Part shown: piece after piece, positions 1 through 10,255 of the stretch | Layout of the letters: every line of letters begins with the position of its first letter | How positions within the stretch are numbered: position 1 is the stretch's first letter | Assembly (NCBI GenBank): GCA_965237525.1 | Contig: CBDEFO010000007.1 | Coordinates: forward strand, 128,001-192,000 | Origin: Candidatus Latescibacterota bacterium | GTDB lineage: Bacteria; Latescibacterota; CBDEFO01 | Length of the DNA stretch: 64,000 nucleotides | Reading direction: 5' to 3' | Program-made: the position numbers and the translations under genes | The notes under the pieces: generated by a model | Databases searched by the model: none | What the model saw: only the letters and a program-made list of their open reading frames with translations | What the model was told of the DNA's origin: nothing

Positions 1-365
1 AGAGTCACAAACGATGGATCGAACCAATCGTTTTCGAGGGCGGCTATGTGGAGGTTCCGCTCCGCTACCTCCAACATCTCAGGCACACTGTCTACAGCTA
101 TGACCGATCCCGGACGCCTTGTAAAATACGCAAACTGTAGCGCTTCCATTCCTCCCCCGACACCGACATAAAGAATATCCATATCAGAACTCAAGTCCTG
201 AATGTGCACAGTCGTCCCGCAACCGTAGTTCATCTCTATCATCTCTTTGGGAATAGAAAGCCCCGGAAGCTCATAGCCAGAGCCGGTCGAACAGCAAAGC
301 CCCGGCTGTGGTTCTAACGCCGCATCTTTGTAGAGTTCCCTCGCCGTCTCCAAGTAACTCATCAT
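1..365 (-). CDS. arsM: Arsenite S-adenosylmethyltransferase, arsenosugar-biosynthesis (cyanobacterial ArsM) type; 5' part only, runs off the window
   Basis: Not in the ORF track. Manual translation gives MMSYLETARELYKDAALEPQPGLCCSTG...IPKEMIEMNYGCGTTVH...ILYVGVGGGMEALQFAYFTRRPGSVIAVD...NDWFDPSFV. The GLCC, MNYGCG and YVGVGGG motifs fit this ArsM type. SD AAGGAG lies just upstream. Confidence 0.8.
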   Translation of the reverse strand, partial: MMSYLETARELYKDAALEPQPGLCCSTGSGYELPGLSIPKEMIEMNYGCGTTVHIQDLSSDMDILYVGVGGGMEALQFAYFTRRPGSVIAVDSVPEMLEVAERNLHIAALENDWFDPSFVT

Positions 366-418
366 ATGTCTCCTTTTGGTTTTCTTTACTTCAAAAACCT
401 GCATTGGACTACTACTAA

Positions 419-667
419 CCCGATTAATTCATAAGCTTGGTGGAGTCATTGCGAGGAGCAAAGCGGTCCCCGATTGAGTCTATCGGGGAAGCAATCTCAA
501 GGTTTTATAGTGGTCTCCTATGAGATCCGGAGAGTATTACATCTACCACAGAATCGAGATTGCTTCGCCTTCGGCTCGCAATAACACTGAAGATGGTTAA
601 ACGGCATAACTATAATATAATACACTCCCTTAATTAATACACGACCTTTTTTTGTGAATTATTCGGG
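419..667. mobile_element. MITE copy 1 (249 bp), IS1380-related
   Basis: Terminal inverted repeats CCCGATTAATTCA...TGAATTATTCGGG, 4-bp duplication CTAA (415-418 and 668-671), and near-identical copies at 23905 and 38687. Confidence 0.9.
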
Positions 668-757
668 CTAAAATACATTCATACGTAACTGCCGGGAGAA
701 TAGACCCTTCCGTCTATCACCTCCGAACTGTAGCTGGGTAAGAACGCTAAATAACCC

Positions 758-1699
758 CTATCTCTCAAATAACTGAGGGTGCATATATCCTACCATAATC
801 TCCAGCGCATCCACCAACCTCGGACCTGCCCGCCCAGCGATCGAAATATCTATGTAATACACCCTCCCTTCTTTCACAGCCGATACGGCCTTCCATCCTT
901 CTATTCTTCTTAATTCTGCCCGTATCCCCTCCACTCTCTTTTCGATGCTCTCATCTGCATTTCCCCCTAAATATCCTGTGAAGATCACATCAGGATCACT
1001 CGCAAGGATCCTCTCAAGGCCGAAATTAGGCCATGCCATCCTGGCCGCTCCCGCCATGTTTATTCCATCAGATAAAGTTATCAGATCATCCATAATGGTC
1101 CCGGGACCTGCGGTATATATCGACGTGTCAAAAGCGCTGACATTCCACAGCACTTTCTGCTTTTGATAACCACTTATCCCCTCTAAGGCCTTGGTGATCC
1201 TATTTACCCTCATCTTCAAAACCGAAACCAGCGAATCAGCCCTGCTTTCGACCTTCGCTATTTTTCCCATCGTCTCCAGCACCGATAGCATATCACCGAT
1301 AGATCTGGGATCCACTGCAAAGACGTTTATGTTAAATTCTCTCAGACGCTCCAGAACAGGGATGGGATTACCCCTCGTTGCAAAGACGAGATCTGGCTCT
1401 AAAGACACTATCTTCTCCAGATTTGGAGTCTTAAATCCCCCTATCGTATCCTTTTTTGCCGCTTGGGGAGGATAATCGGAATAATTAGTAACTCCTACCA
1501 CTCTGTCACCGAGTCCCAGAGCAAACAAAATCTCAGTATTCTCAGGGGACATGGACACAATCCTTTTCGGCGCATGCTCGAATTCCACCTCAACACCCAA
1601 GGCATCGACAAACTTCAACGCCTCGGCATGCACACAATCTACCGAAATCAACAGGCATATTAAAGATATGAAAATGTGTCCTATCCTCCTAATGTCCAT
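758..1699 (-). CDS. btuF: Periplasmic cobalamin-binding protein (Peripla_BP_2/BtuF-like)
   Basis: Signal peptide; motifs PKRIVSMSPENTEILFALG, PNLEKIVSLEPDLV and GPRLVDALE; lies in the operon under the B12 riboswitch. Confidence 0.8.
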   Translation of the reverse strand: MDIRRIGHIFISLICLLISVDCVHAEALKFVDALGVEVEFEHAPKRIVSMSPENTEILFALGLGDRVVGVTNYSDYPPQAAKKDTIGGFKTPNLEKIVSLEPDLVFATRGNPIPVLERLREFNINVFAVDPRSIGDMLSVLETMGKIAKVESRADSLVSVLKMRVNRITKALEGISGYQKQKVLWNVSAFDTSIYTAGPGTIMDDLITLSDGINMAGAARMAWPNFGLERILASDPDVIFTGYLGGNADESIEKRVEGIRAELRRIEGWKAVSAVKEGRVYYIDISIAGRAGPRLVDALEIMVGYMHPQLFER

Positions 1700-2046
1700 G
1701 ATAACATTATCTCTTATCTTATTTTTGTAGAATAAAATAGGGTTTCACCTAATCGTTAATCATTTTTTCACTAACATCTGCTCCTGTCAAAAGAGCCCAC
1801 ACCACCTCTGCCTTACGACTCGGTGTCTAACGCGTCGTGTCGTTTGCTTTGAGGCCTTACATATCTTTAACCTCCTTTCCCCGATAGCATCACTCGGGGA
1901 CAAGCCTCATACCACAATTTGCAAAATATCTGTTGCTTTCTCAAGGGGAGGAGTATGAAGATTACCAGTGATAGTTAGACTCCCAGAGGTACGATAAGTT
2001 GCATGTGCAGCATAAGACCGGAGGGCATCCCCTATTAGGTTGCCTT

Positions 2047-3459
2047 TCATTTCGAGACCGTGAGCTTGATCGTCCTGCCAAAGCTCCCAGCCTTCAACCT
2101 GGCAACATATATCCCGCTGGAGACGGCATTCCCCAGACCATCTTTCCCGTCCCACAGGACAAGATAACGGCCCGGTCCTTGCATCGCGTTCAAAAGGGAC
2201 GCCACCCGCTGTCCCAATGAGTTGTACAGATCCAGGTTAACTCTTAAAACTTTATCGCCGGCGATGGAATAAGGAATGGCGGTAGAAGGATTGAAGGGAT
2301 TCGGATAGTTCTGTCCAAGGGAGAATTCCTCCGGAGTAGAGTCAACTCCCGCAAATTCAACCACAGCAGTCCCTGTATCCTCATCCCCTATAAACGCTAT
2401 GAAGAAAGGCGGAAGCCCGGTGTCGATGGGACCTGCTATTTTGACATCTGAAACTGTATCGTAGATCAATATCCCCGGATTAGTTATGCTCCTGTCCGGC
2501 ACATACAGAAGACCGTTATCTATTGCTATGTTCGGCGTAGATCCCCCCGAATGCCCCTCCAGAGCCTTTGATACTTCCCCTGTCTCGGGATTAAATGGCT
2601 TGACAAAGTTGTTGAAAGACTCATCCGATACCACAGCATAGCCTTTTTCTTCCGATAGCATAGCTATGCCCGTAATATCCCCTCCTAAAGACTCCTCAGA
2701 GACTATTACCCCTCGAGTCCTGAAAGTGGCGGGATCGACCACTTCAATACCGCCTTCCTTATCGAAGAAGGCGTTCGGAGAAACCAAATATAGCTTTCCT
2801 TTGAATAGATCCAGACTGAACGGTTGTTTCACAGCCAGATCTATCGCCTGCACGCCGTCCCTTTGGGGATCTACATCTACTATAGTATCTGTCTTTGTAT
2901 CTATCACCACCACTACGCTCTTGTCCGTCGGAGCAAAGTTCTCAAGCCTCTGGCAGGTCACAAAGAGTTTATCACCCACCATCGCCATTTGAGCTATCTC
3001 CGGTATACCGTCCGAGTCAGCAAAGGCCGAAAGGTCTATCTGCCCTAATTCGTTGCCGTCTTTCGGATCTATTATCAACAGCTCCGCCGAGTTCAACCTG
3101 GACACATACGCCTTATCCGGGCTTGCAAACTCTATATCCTGGGGATTCGTGCCGTTCCCCACTGAGTGCTGAACCTTCGGATTCGACAGGTCCTCAGGAT
3201 CCAAAACCAGGATGTTATCCGCTCCGAACCTGTTGATTACATAGACCAGCCCACTGTAAAAGACCACAGTCGCATCGCTGTTTATAAGTAGAATATTCAC
3301 CGAAACTTCTCCCTCCGGAGAGATAGTGGCAAGGCTCCCCGTTGCGAAGTCCGTCGTGGTTACAATTGCCGTTCTTTGGGCTAACACATCTGAAATTACA
3401 AAGACCGAAAAGAGAACCACTAAAACCGCCTGTAGATAAGAACGTCTATCGTATGACAT
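2047..3459 (-). CDS. Secreted YncE/BtuG-like beta-propeller with C-terminal FlgD-Ig/T9SS-like domain
   Basis: Signal peptide from MSYDRR (ATG at 3459, SD GGAGGT). Propeller-like repeats (NPQDIEFASPDKAYVS, GKLYLVS) and tail QNYPNPFNPST...WDGKD...SSGIY...KLTVSK. Sits between btuB and btuF. Confidence 0.7.
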   Translation of the reverse strand: MSYDRRSYLQAVLVVLFSVFVISDVLAQRTAIVTTTDFATGSLATISPEGEVSVNILLINSDATVVFYSGLVYVINRFGADNILVLDPEDLSNPKVQHSVGNGTNPQDIEFASPDKAYVSRLNSAELLIIDPKDGNELGQIDLSAFADSDGIPEIAQMAMVGDKLFVTCQRLENFAPTDKSVVVVIDTKTDTIVDVDPQRDGVQAIDLAVKQPFSLDLFKGKLYLVSPNAFFDKEGGIEVVDPATFRTRGVIVSEESLGGDITGIAMLSEEKGYAVVSDESFNNFVKPFNPETGEVSKALEGHSGGSTPNIAIDNGLLYVPDRSITNPGILIYDTVSDVKIAGPIDTGLPPFFIAFIGDEDTGTAVVEFAGVDSTPEEFSLGQNYPNPFNPSTAIPYSIAGDKVLRVNLDLYNSLGQRVASLLNAMQGPGRYLVLWDGKDGLGNAVSSGIYVARLKAGSFGRTIKLTVSK

Positions 3460-3538
3460 GTATGTTACCTCCCCTTTAAAATTTTCAGGCAAAGGGGGCT
3501 AAGGCAGTAGGGACTTTCCCTTATCCTCAGCCTTCGCC

Positions 3539-5782
3539 TTAAAAATAGCCGTTCAGCGTGATGAAATACGACCTGCCCGGCAAAGGATAACCTACAATAT
3601 CGGCTATTCGATTGTTGTTTATGTTCTTCACCTCAAAAGTACCTCTCAAATGTCCAAAAGGCCTGATACTTATGCCCAGGTTCACAACTGTCCTGGCCTT
3701 TATTACAGGTCTTAAATTAGCCTGGTCCAGAAAATTGTCCCCTTCAAAATTGTGCTCGTAGTATATCCTCCCCCAACCTAAGAGAAACTCCACTTTTGCG
3801 CTCAACTCCGTCTTGGGCCTGTTCGGCAGAATTTTTCCTTTCAAGTGCGGAATAGGAGATCTGTTCAAAGCCTCTTGAAAGGTGTAGTTTCCCCCCAAAC
3901 GGAAGAAACCCCAGAGGACAACACTTGTGTTCATCTCTATGCCCCATATTCGGGCTTTGCCTATATTCTTCGGTATGGATACTGCAGCGCTCTTCTCAAT
4001 AAACTGGATCAGATTATCCACCTCGTTATTATAATAGACCACCTCCCAAACTAAGCCTTCGGCGAAGACAGCCCTGTCCTTATGCAGTCTAAACCCCACG
4101 TCCCGGTTCAGACCCTCCTCAGCTTTCAGGTCTGTGTTTCCTACCACAGCTCCCTTATCCCCAAAGAGCTCTAAAAAGTTCGGAACCCTCATATAGGCCG
4201 CTACGTTACCCTTGATTAAAAACCAATCTGTCACTTGAATCTTCATTCCCAGACGATAGTTCTTAAAGCTCTCCGCTTTAGAGTCTTTCGGAGCTATGGG
4301 TGAAAACTGGAAGGGGCTCTCCTCGAAGATTCTGCTTTTGTAGCGATCGTACTGAAAAGAAGGGAGGAACGTCAACCTCCCGAAGAATACCTCGTCCTCT
4401 ACCCCGAATAGAACCCTGTTTCGCGAACTTTCAAAAAGCCCTCTCTGTCTTATGATATTCTCCTGGGGTGTGTACGACTCGCGTGATAGTGTCCCCACCA
4501 AAGTCACTATATGGTGTCCCCCGAGCAGTAACTTAAAGACAGGTTTGATCCCGTAAGTCTTGGTGACATCATGACTGTCCTGCCTTCCTATTCCTACCTC
4601 GCCCAGAAGATCTGTATAGTCATCTACATGATAGCTGAAAAATGCCCTCTGTTTGTAAATCAGTCTGCTCCATATTCGGTTCGGCACGTCAAGCGTAAGC
4701 TCCGAGAGGTTCCTCAGGGTCCTCAGTGTCACCTCCTTGGACTGATTGTTGCTAATCCCCGGGATGCCCTTGTCCTTTCGGTAGAAATTGTTGCCGAGAC
4801 TCAGGGACATCCCGTCCCTGAAGTCGTACTTGGCCTTCCCCATTATATTGACGGAATTGAAGTCGTTATTGGCTCTCTGGGCAATTTCGTCGTCATTGGG
4901 ATTATACGGTGTTCCGTTGTCGTCCCTGAATTCAAAATTGTTATCGCTTTCGGAGTAGTCCGTAAAGATCAGATAGCTCCACTTTTCTTTCCTTTGAGAG
5001 ATAAACCAGTTTAAGCTCTGGGTGTTAAACGACCCAACCGACAGACTTACCTCTCCTGGGATACTACTTTTTGAGCTTCTGGTCAGAATGTTTACAACGC
5101 CTCCTATACCACTCCCTCCTAACTCGATCGGAGCTGTCCCCTTGTACACCTCTATTCTCTCTATGTTAGAAAGTGGCAATCCCCCAATGTCCACACCTCC
5201 GCCGAGGGCCTGGTTCAATAAGATGCCGTCCAGATAGATATTTACCTGCTCCGACGAGGAGGCCCTTATCGAAACCGTGCTGAAGCTCCCCAATCCCCCC
5301 AAAGAGTTCACCTGAACCCCTGAGGATTTGGACAAAAGGTCAGGTAAAGACGAGAACTTTCCCTCAAAGTCCTCTCTTCTTATCACAGTCACAAAAGCAG
5401 GTGTCCTCTCCTCCGGGATCAACCTCTTCGCCTCAGCAGTTACGACGACCTCCTCTAACTCTACCATCTCCTCCTCTAATTCAAAAGAAAAGTAGTTATC
5501 GCTATCTTCCCTCACTTCTATTTCCTCCTTAACATCCTTAAAGCCGATCATCTCAACACTGACCATATAAGTGCCTTGGGGGACTTTTTCTATCACGAAT
5601 ACACCCAGGCTATCAGCAAAGGCGCCTATTCTCAATTCCTCTATAGAAACTACAGCGCCTACTACCGGTTCGCCCGTCTTTGAATCCAGGACCCAGCCGC
5701 GCACCTTGCCCAATTCTGCCGCTGCCTCACTAAATGCGGCAAATACCAGTAAAATAATTACGAATAATGTCGAAACTTTCAT
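3539..5782 (-). CDS. btuB: TonB-dependent receptor, probably for cobalamin (BtuB-like), with N-terminal carboxypeptidase-regulatory-like domain
   Basis: Plug motifs (SIRASSSEQVNIYLDGI, NIERIEVYKG) and C-terminal PGRSYFITLNGYF. First gene after the cobalamin riboswitch. The track start at 5821 falls inside a terminator hairpin, so ATG 5782 is preferred. Confidence 0.8.
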   Translation of the reverse strand: MKVSTLFVIILLVFAAFSEAAAELGKVRGWVLDSKTGEPVVGAVVSIEELRIGAFADSLGVFVIEKVPQGTYMVSVEMIGFKDVKEEIEVREDSDNYFSFELEEEMVELEEVVVTAEAKRLIPEERTPAFVTVIRREDFEGKFSSLPDLLSKSSGVQVNSLGGLGSFSTVSIRASSSEQVNIYLDGILLNQALGGGVDIGGLPLSNIERIEVYKGTAPIELGGSGIGGVVNILTRSSKSSIPGEVSLSVGSFNTQSLNWFISQRKEKWSYLIFTDYSESDNNFEFRDDNGTPYNPNDDEIAQRANNDFNSVNIMGKAKYDFRDGMSLSLGNNFYRKDKGIPGISNNQSKEVTLRTLRNLSELTLDVPNRIWSRLIYKQRAFFSYHVDDYTDLLGEVGIGRQDSHDVTKTYGIKPVFKLLLGGHHIVTLVGTLSRESYTPQENIIRQRGLFESSRNRVLFGVEDEVFFGRLTFLPSFQYDRYKSRIFEESPFQFSPIAPKDSKAESFKNYRLGMKIQVTDWFLIKGNVAAYMRVPNFLELFGDKGAVVGNTDLKAEEGLNRDVGFRLHKDRAVFAEGLVWEVVYYNNEVDNLIQFIEKSAAVSIPKNIGKARIWGIEMNTSVVLWGFFRLGGNYTFQEALNRSPIPHLKGKILPNRPKTELSAKVEFLLGWGRIYYEHNFEGDNFLDQANLRPVIKARTVVNLGISIRPFGHLRGTFEVKNINNNRIADIVGYPLPGRSYFITLNGYF

Positions 5783-5793
5783 AAGTATGATGC

Positions 5794-5831
5794 AAATAAA
5801 AACCCCGACTTCCTCTTTCAAGGAGCCGGGG
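5794..5831 (-). terminator. Intrinsic terminator, expression platform of the B12 riboswitch
   Basis: Minus strand reads CCCCGGCTCCT-TGAAAG-AGGAAGTCGGGG followed by TTTTTATTT, between the aptamer and the btuB start. Confidence 0.65.
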
Positions 5832-5879
5832 CAAGTACACTTATCCCTTTAACCTCCTGCTACCGAGGAAGACCACCGA

Positions 5880-6060
5880 GGAACAGGTTCAGGCAGGTTT
5901 TCTGGCTCCCGGATACAGACCTACTCTCCGCGCCTTCCCACTCACAAAAAAAGCAGTGGCAAATAATGCGGCTTTCGTCTCCGGTCACAGCGGCGGGCCC
6001 GCGACGGACTTTCACCGTCTTCCCTATTATGTCCAAAGGACCACCTGAACCGACAATATT
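5880..6060 (-). promoter_or_regulatory. Cobalamin (B12) riboswitch
   Basis: Minus strand carries AGGTG...AATAGGGAAGACGGTGAAAGTCCGTCGCGGGCCCGCCGCTGTGA...GCCACTG...TGGGAAGG...GAGCCAGAAAACCTGCCT (B12 box), upstream of a TBDR. Confidence 0.93.
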
Positions 6061-6257
6061 CAGTTTTCGAAGTCGATACAAGTTATATCTTTTGGCCTGA
6101 TAAGTCAAGAGATTTTTTTGATTTTCCCCTTTTTTCTTTTGTACTTGACTTTTCAGGAACGATGCACTATTATAATACGTTGCTTACTGTGGCATAAGCT
6201 ACGACAGGTCAATATATAAGACATAATAAGACTTCCATTTTCTCTTCAAGGACAACT

Positions 6258-7664
6258 ATGGAGACAGGATTAAGTCCAGATCAGTTGTTACTGGTGACAC
6301 TGCTTCTGAGAATAGGCGTAATAGCTAGTTTAGCCGGGGCACTTCTGAAGATGCAGTGGTTTAAACGGATACTCTTTAAGGAAAACAAGAGCCTCACGGA
6401 TCAGCTTAAGTTTACAGGGCTGTTAAGCGTCCTTTTAGCCTTCGGGGTAGGAGTCAGGATCGTGGTCGGCTATCAGTCCGGGTCCGGGGATCTGAGCCTG
6501 GTTGGGACCCTTCTAATCGGCCTTATGGCCGGATTGTGGTCAGGAGTTGCAGCGGGCTGTACGGCAGGCCTTGTGGCGGCTTTCCTCCCGCCCGCTATCG
6601 GACCGGGCTCAAGTGAGATTTTGGCCATCCCGATGGGCATCCTCTACGGCCTTACAGGCGGCTCTATAAGGAAATTCAGCGACGATAAAGAAGAGATATG
6701 GAACTTTTCCCCGTTGGTGTTCCGTAGCCTCTGGAAATTCTTGAAGTCGGGCTTTAAGACCGTGGATCGGAAAATCACCATCTTTGCATCCTGCGTATTC
6801 CTCGAACTTTTGAGGATGTCTACACAGAGCCACTGGGATGAGCGGATCTTCAGCTTCTCAACTTTCAGCGATGACCTTCCTATCATCTTGTGCGTTCTGT
6901 TGACCACTGTTTCGTGTCTGGGTGTTTCCCTTAATATATGGAATAGCTCCCGCCGCGAACTCCTGCTCGAACAGCAAAAGGCCCTAACTTCTGCGCAGGC
7001 AGTGCTGCTTATGGAAGCCAGATTTGAAGCCCTCAAGAATCAGATTAACCCGCATTTTCTCTTCAACACACTTAACTCCATCAAATCTTCTATAAGGTCG
7101 AACCCTCAAGCAGCGGGCCTTATAGTCCTTAAACTCTCAAGTATACTCAGAAGAATTCTGAACTCAGACACGGACTTTGTGCCGCTCAAAGAGGAATTAG
7201 ACTTAATAGATGCGTATCTGGACATAGAGACCATAAGGTTCGGAGATGACAAGCTGAAGGTCGTAAAGGCGATCCAACCAGACGTCTTAAATGCCGTAAT
7301 ACCGACTATGGCGCTCCAGCCTATTGTAGAAAACTCCGTAAAACACGGAATATCACCCAAAATTGAGGGAGGAACAATAAAGATCTCCGCATGGAGAGAA
7401 AACGGCAAAGTGCTCGTCTCAATAGAAGACGACGGACCTGGGATCTCCCAGGAAAGATTGCCGGGAGTCCTAAAGACAGGAATCGGGATCAGCAACGTCA
7501 ATGAGAGGCTCAAGCTCGCCTTCGGAGAGGAGTGCCAGCTGGAGGTGGTAAGCCGACAGGGAGCCGGAACGCAGGTGGTAATGTGGGTTCCGGAGGATAA
7601 AGGGAAAGTTGAATATAACCAGGAGATGATGAGCGTTGGAGATAAGGACGATAGTAGTCGATGA
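6258..7664 (+). CDS. LytS/YehU-family membrane sensor histidine kinase
   Basis: Multiple TM segments; ALKNQINPHFLFNTLN, LQPIVENSVKHG, EDDGPG and GIGISNV motifs. Confidence 0.92.
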   Translation: METGLSPDQLLLVTLLLRIGVIASLAGALLKMQWFKRILFKENKSLTDQLKFTGLLSVLLAFGVGVRIVVGYQSGSGDLSLVGTLLIGLMAGLWSGVAAGCTAGLVAAFLPPAIGPGSSEILAIPMGILYGLTGGSIRKFSDDKEEIWNFSPLVFRSLWKFLKSGFKTVDRKITIFASCVFLELLRMSTQSHWDERIFSFSTFSDDLPIILCVLLTTVSCLGVSLNIWNSSRRELLLEQQKALTSAQAVLLMEARFEALKNQINPHFLFNTLNSIKSSIRSNPQAAGLIVLKLSSILRRILNSDTDFVPLKEELDLIDAYLDIETIRFGDDKLKVVKAIQPDVLNAVIPTMALQPIVENSVKHGISPKIEGGTIKISAWRENGKVLVSIEDDGPGISQERLPGVLKTGIGISNVNERLKLAFGEECQLEVVSRQGAGTQVVMWVPEDKGKVEYNQEMMSVGDKDDSSR

Positions 7665-8424
7665 TGAGAAGTTAGCAAGGGACGAACTCTGCTATCTCCT
7701 CAAGTCCATCCCCGATATTAAGGTCGTGGGACAGGCTACCAACGGGATCGAGACATTAGAACTTATCCGGGAACTCCAGCCCGATCTGGTATTTCTGGAC
7801 ATCCAGATGCCTGGTGGTAACGGATTGAGTGTGGTGGAGGAATTGGAGCTTTCCAAGGACGCGCCCTATGTAATCTTCGTCACAGCCTACGACGAATACG
7901 CCCTGAAAGCCTTCGAAGTCAACGCTATAGACTATCTTTTAAAGCCCATAGTGGACAAGGAAAGACTCCAGCAATCCATAGGGAGGGTCAAGGACCAGAT
8001 GGGCCAGATAGACTACATGTCCGAAAAGATCATCAGTCTTGTCAACTCACTGAGGGATAAGGAGGCCTTATCCCTGAAGAGTCATTACCTCCCCCGGCTG
8101 TCCGTAAATATGGGGGGACATCTTATGGTGATAGACGTGGATAAGATCATCTATACCCAAGTTCTGGATGGAATAGTGAACGCCGTTACCGAGGATGGAG
8201 AAGGGACAACAGGCTATCGGACTCTGGACGAACTCGAATCGGCTCTGGATCCGACCAAGTTCTGGAGGGTGCACAGAAGTTACGTTGCCAACATAAATAA
8301 AATAGAAGAGATCATACCCTGGTTTAGCGGTACGCATCAGCTCAAGATGTCCGATAAGGATAAGTCCCGCATCCCCTTGAGCCGCGCGCAGTCCAGAAGG
8401 CTCAGGAAATTCCTTAAATGGTAG
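7636..8424 (+). CDS. LytTR-family response regulator
   Basis: Receiver domain (VVDDE, FLDIQMP, DYLLKP) plus LytTR domain (FWRVHRSYVAN); overlaps the kinase. Confidence 0.93.
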   Translation: MEIRTIVVDDEKLARDELCYLLKSIPDIKVVGQATNGIETLELIRELQPDLVFLDIQMPGGNGLSVVEELELSKDAPYVIFVTAYDEYALKAFEVNAIDYLLKPIVDKERLQQSIGRVKDQMGQIDYMSEKIISLVNSLRDKEALSLKSHYLPRLSVNMGGHLMVIDVDKIIYTQVLDGIVNAVTEDGEGTTGYRTLDELESALDPTKFWRVHRSYVANINKIEEIIPWFSGTHQLKMSDKDKSRIPLSRAQSRRLRKFLKW

Positions 8425-8450
8425 TAGGGGCGAGGTTACCTCGCCCCTAC
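8424..8450. repeat. GTAG-type REP palindrome between convergent genes
   Basis: Palindrome GTAGGGGCGAGGTTACCTCGCCCCTAC. Confidence 0.7.
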
Positions 8451-8453
8451 ATT

Positions 8454-10045
8454 TTAACGAAGGAGGATCATCTTCCTGGAAGCTTCGAAGCCCCCCAAGA
8501 CTAATCTGTAGATGTAGACGCCGCTTGCGACTTTGTTGCCTCTTTCATCTTTCCCGTCCCATATGACAGAATGTCCGCCCACTCCTTGATTTTCCTCTAT
8601 CAGTGTTCTTATCCTCTGTCCATCTGTATTGTAAACGTAAAGACGCACTCTGCCAGATTCCGTAAGATCATAGCGAATTGTTGTCTGGGGGTTGAAAGGA
8701 TTGGGATAGTTCTGAAATAGTCTATGCTCATAAGGAAGCATCCCTTCATAAAGCAGAAGATGAACCTCTATATCTCCTTCGTTGAAACGGGCGCCAGATA
8801 AAGATATGCCACTTATGTCGTGCTCGTCATTCTGGTCTTCCACCGTTATCCACGCTATAACTCTCCTACCCTCTAATGACCAAGGCCCTGCAAAGGCTAT
8901 CTTGATGTTGCCGTCATCTACACGACTCTCCATCAAAAATTCACCACCCAAGTCGCCCTTTACCACTTCTAAAACCCTGAAAGCTGTCCCGTCCAACGAT
9001 ACCGAAATCTCCGCGCCCAATATCCCCTCCATATCATCTATGATAATAGGGATCGAAACGCTCTTGCCGTCTTTTTCGGATTCACCGAGGCCGATCGATT
9101 TAACCCAAAAGAGGGGCTTGACTACACCTCCCTCTTCCACGGGAAACCTGTCTATAAGACCGACTACAAACCTTAGTATATAGGCCGCATCGAGCGAGCT
9201 TATCCCTCCTTTGCCCGTGACATCTGCCGCTATAGAGTCCCGTCCTGCAAGGAACAAGGACCCCACTGCGTGCCTCAAGACTAAAGAGGCATCGAACGCT
9301 GTCACTCTGTTATTGTGGCTGGCATCTCCAAACCTAACCAACCCCCTTCCCTTAAGCTCCACATCCAACACGGCAGACACCGGGTCACCGCTGTGAACCC
9401 TAATCACAGAAGCAAATACGCCCGGATCAGGCGGCTTAAATCTTATTCTGGCTGTTACGCTTCCGCCCGGAGGTAGGACACCCGGAACTGCAGGGGATAC
9501 TGAGACGATAGAAAAAGGAGATGGTAAGAGGACCAGACTGTCTAAGGAACGGTCTTCTGTTCCAAAGTTGGATATAATCAGGTTCAAATCCAGAGAATCG
9601 CGCTCTGTCACGCCTCCGAAGTCCAGAGAGTCGGGAAACACTCCCACACCTCCCCCTGACGGAAGATCCACCTGGAATATTCCACCCGGATTACCAACCC
9701 GCCACGAACTTTCAGGAGGTGTGACACCGGCAAATTCACCGTTTACGTAAAAGCTGATGAGATCGCCATCGACCGCTCCCTCATCTATATCGGGAGTCGT
9801 AGGATCCCCCCGTAGACGTGCAAAAAGCCGTAGAATCCCTCCTGCACCACTACAAAGCGTCCGCAGAGAACACTGTCCGGATCGAGCGCCTCGATGACCG
9901 ATCCTACGGAGATGGGAGACGTAGCTACATTGCTGTTGTCGCTGAAGTAGTCCGTCCACCTGTCCGTCTTTGCAAAATCACCAGCGAGCGATGATAAGGG
10001 AACAAGAAAAGCTATAATCACCATGGAAGCTGTAAAAAGACGCAT
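8454..10045 (-). pseudogene. Secreted protein (novel N-terminal repeat domain, ASH/Ig-like, dockerin, cohesin, FlgD/T9SS-like tail) with one frameshift in a G6 run
   Basis: ORF 9785..10045 (signal peptide ...GFLHVYG) joins ORF 8454..9959 (DPTTPDIDEGAVDGD...) across C6 at 9806-9811; paralogous domains read VYGDDP. Dockerin pair GDASHNNRVTAFDASLVL / ADVTGKGGISSLDAAYIL; tail QNYPNPFNP...RKMILLR. Confidence 0.8.
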
Positions 10046-10064
10046 ATTGGACCTTTCAAGGACG

Positions 10065-10255
10065 GTAGTTAGTAGACAGGTGAGATTGCTTCGTCAGACA
10101 GGAATGTCTGACCCACCGGGTGGTTGGTAGGACAGACATTCCTGTCTGTCCTACTGAAGGCAAAAGCCAAACAGCGTCATTGTCATTGCGAGCGAAGCGA
10201 AGCAATCTCGTAGACAGTAGTCAAGAAGAAGCAGAGATGCCCTGTCTACTGTCTA
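10065..10255. repeat. Intergenic cluster of REP-like palindromes
   Basis: GAGATTGCTTCG pairs with GTCATTGCGAGCGAAGCGAAGCAATCTC, and GACAGGAATGTCTG pairs with GTAGGACAGACATTCCTGTCTGTCCTAC. Related motifs occur at 22520-22700 and inside the MITEs. Confidence 0.7.

Noticed and set aside
1857..1877. Strong SD (AAAGGAGG) followed by ATG-TAA on the minus strand upstream of btuF
   Set aside because: Could be a start-stop element or a gene remnant, but one instance next to a repeat cannot be told from chance.
5860..6108. 82-aa ORF
   Set aside because: Coincides with the cobalamin riboswitch and promoter.
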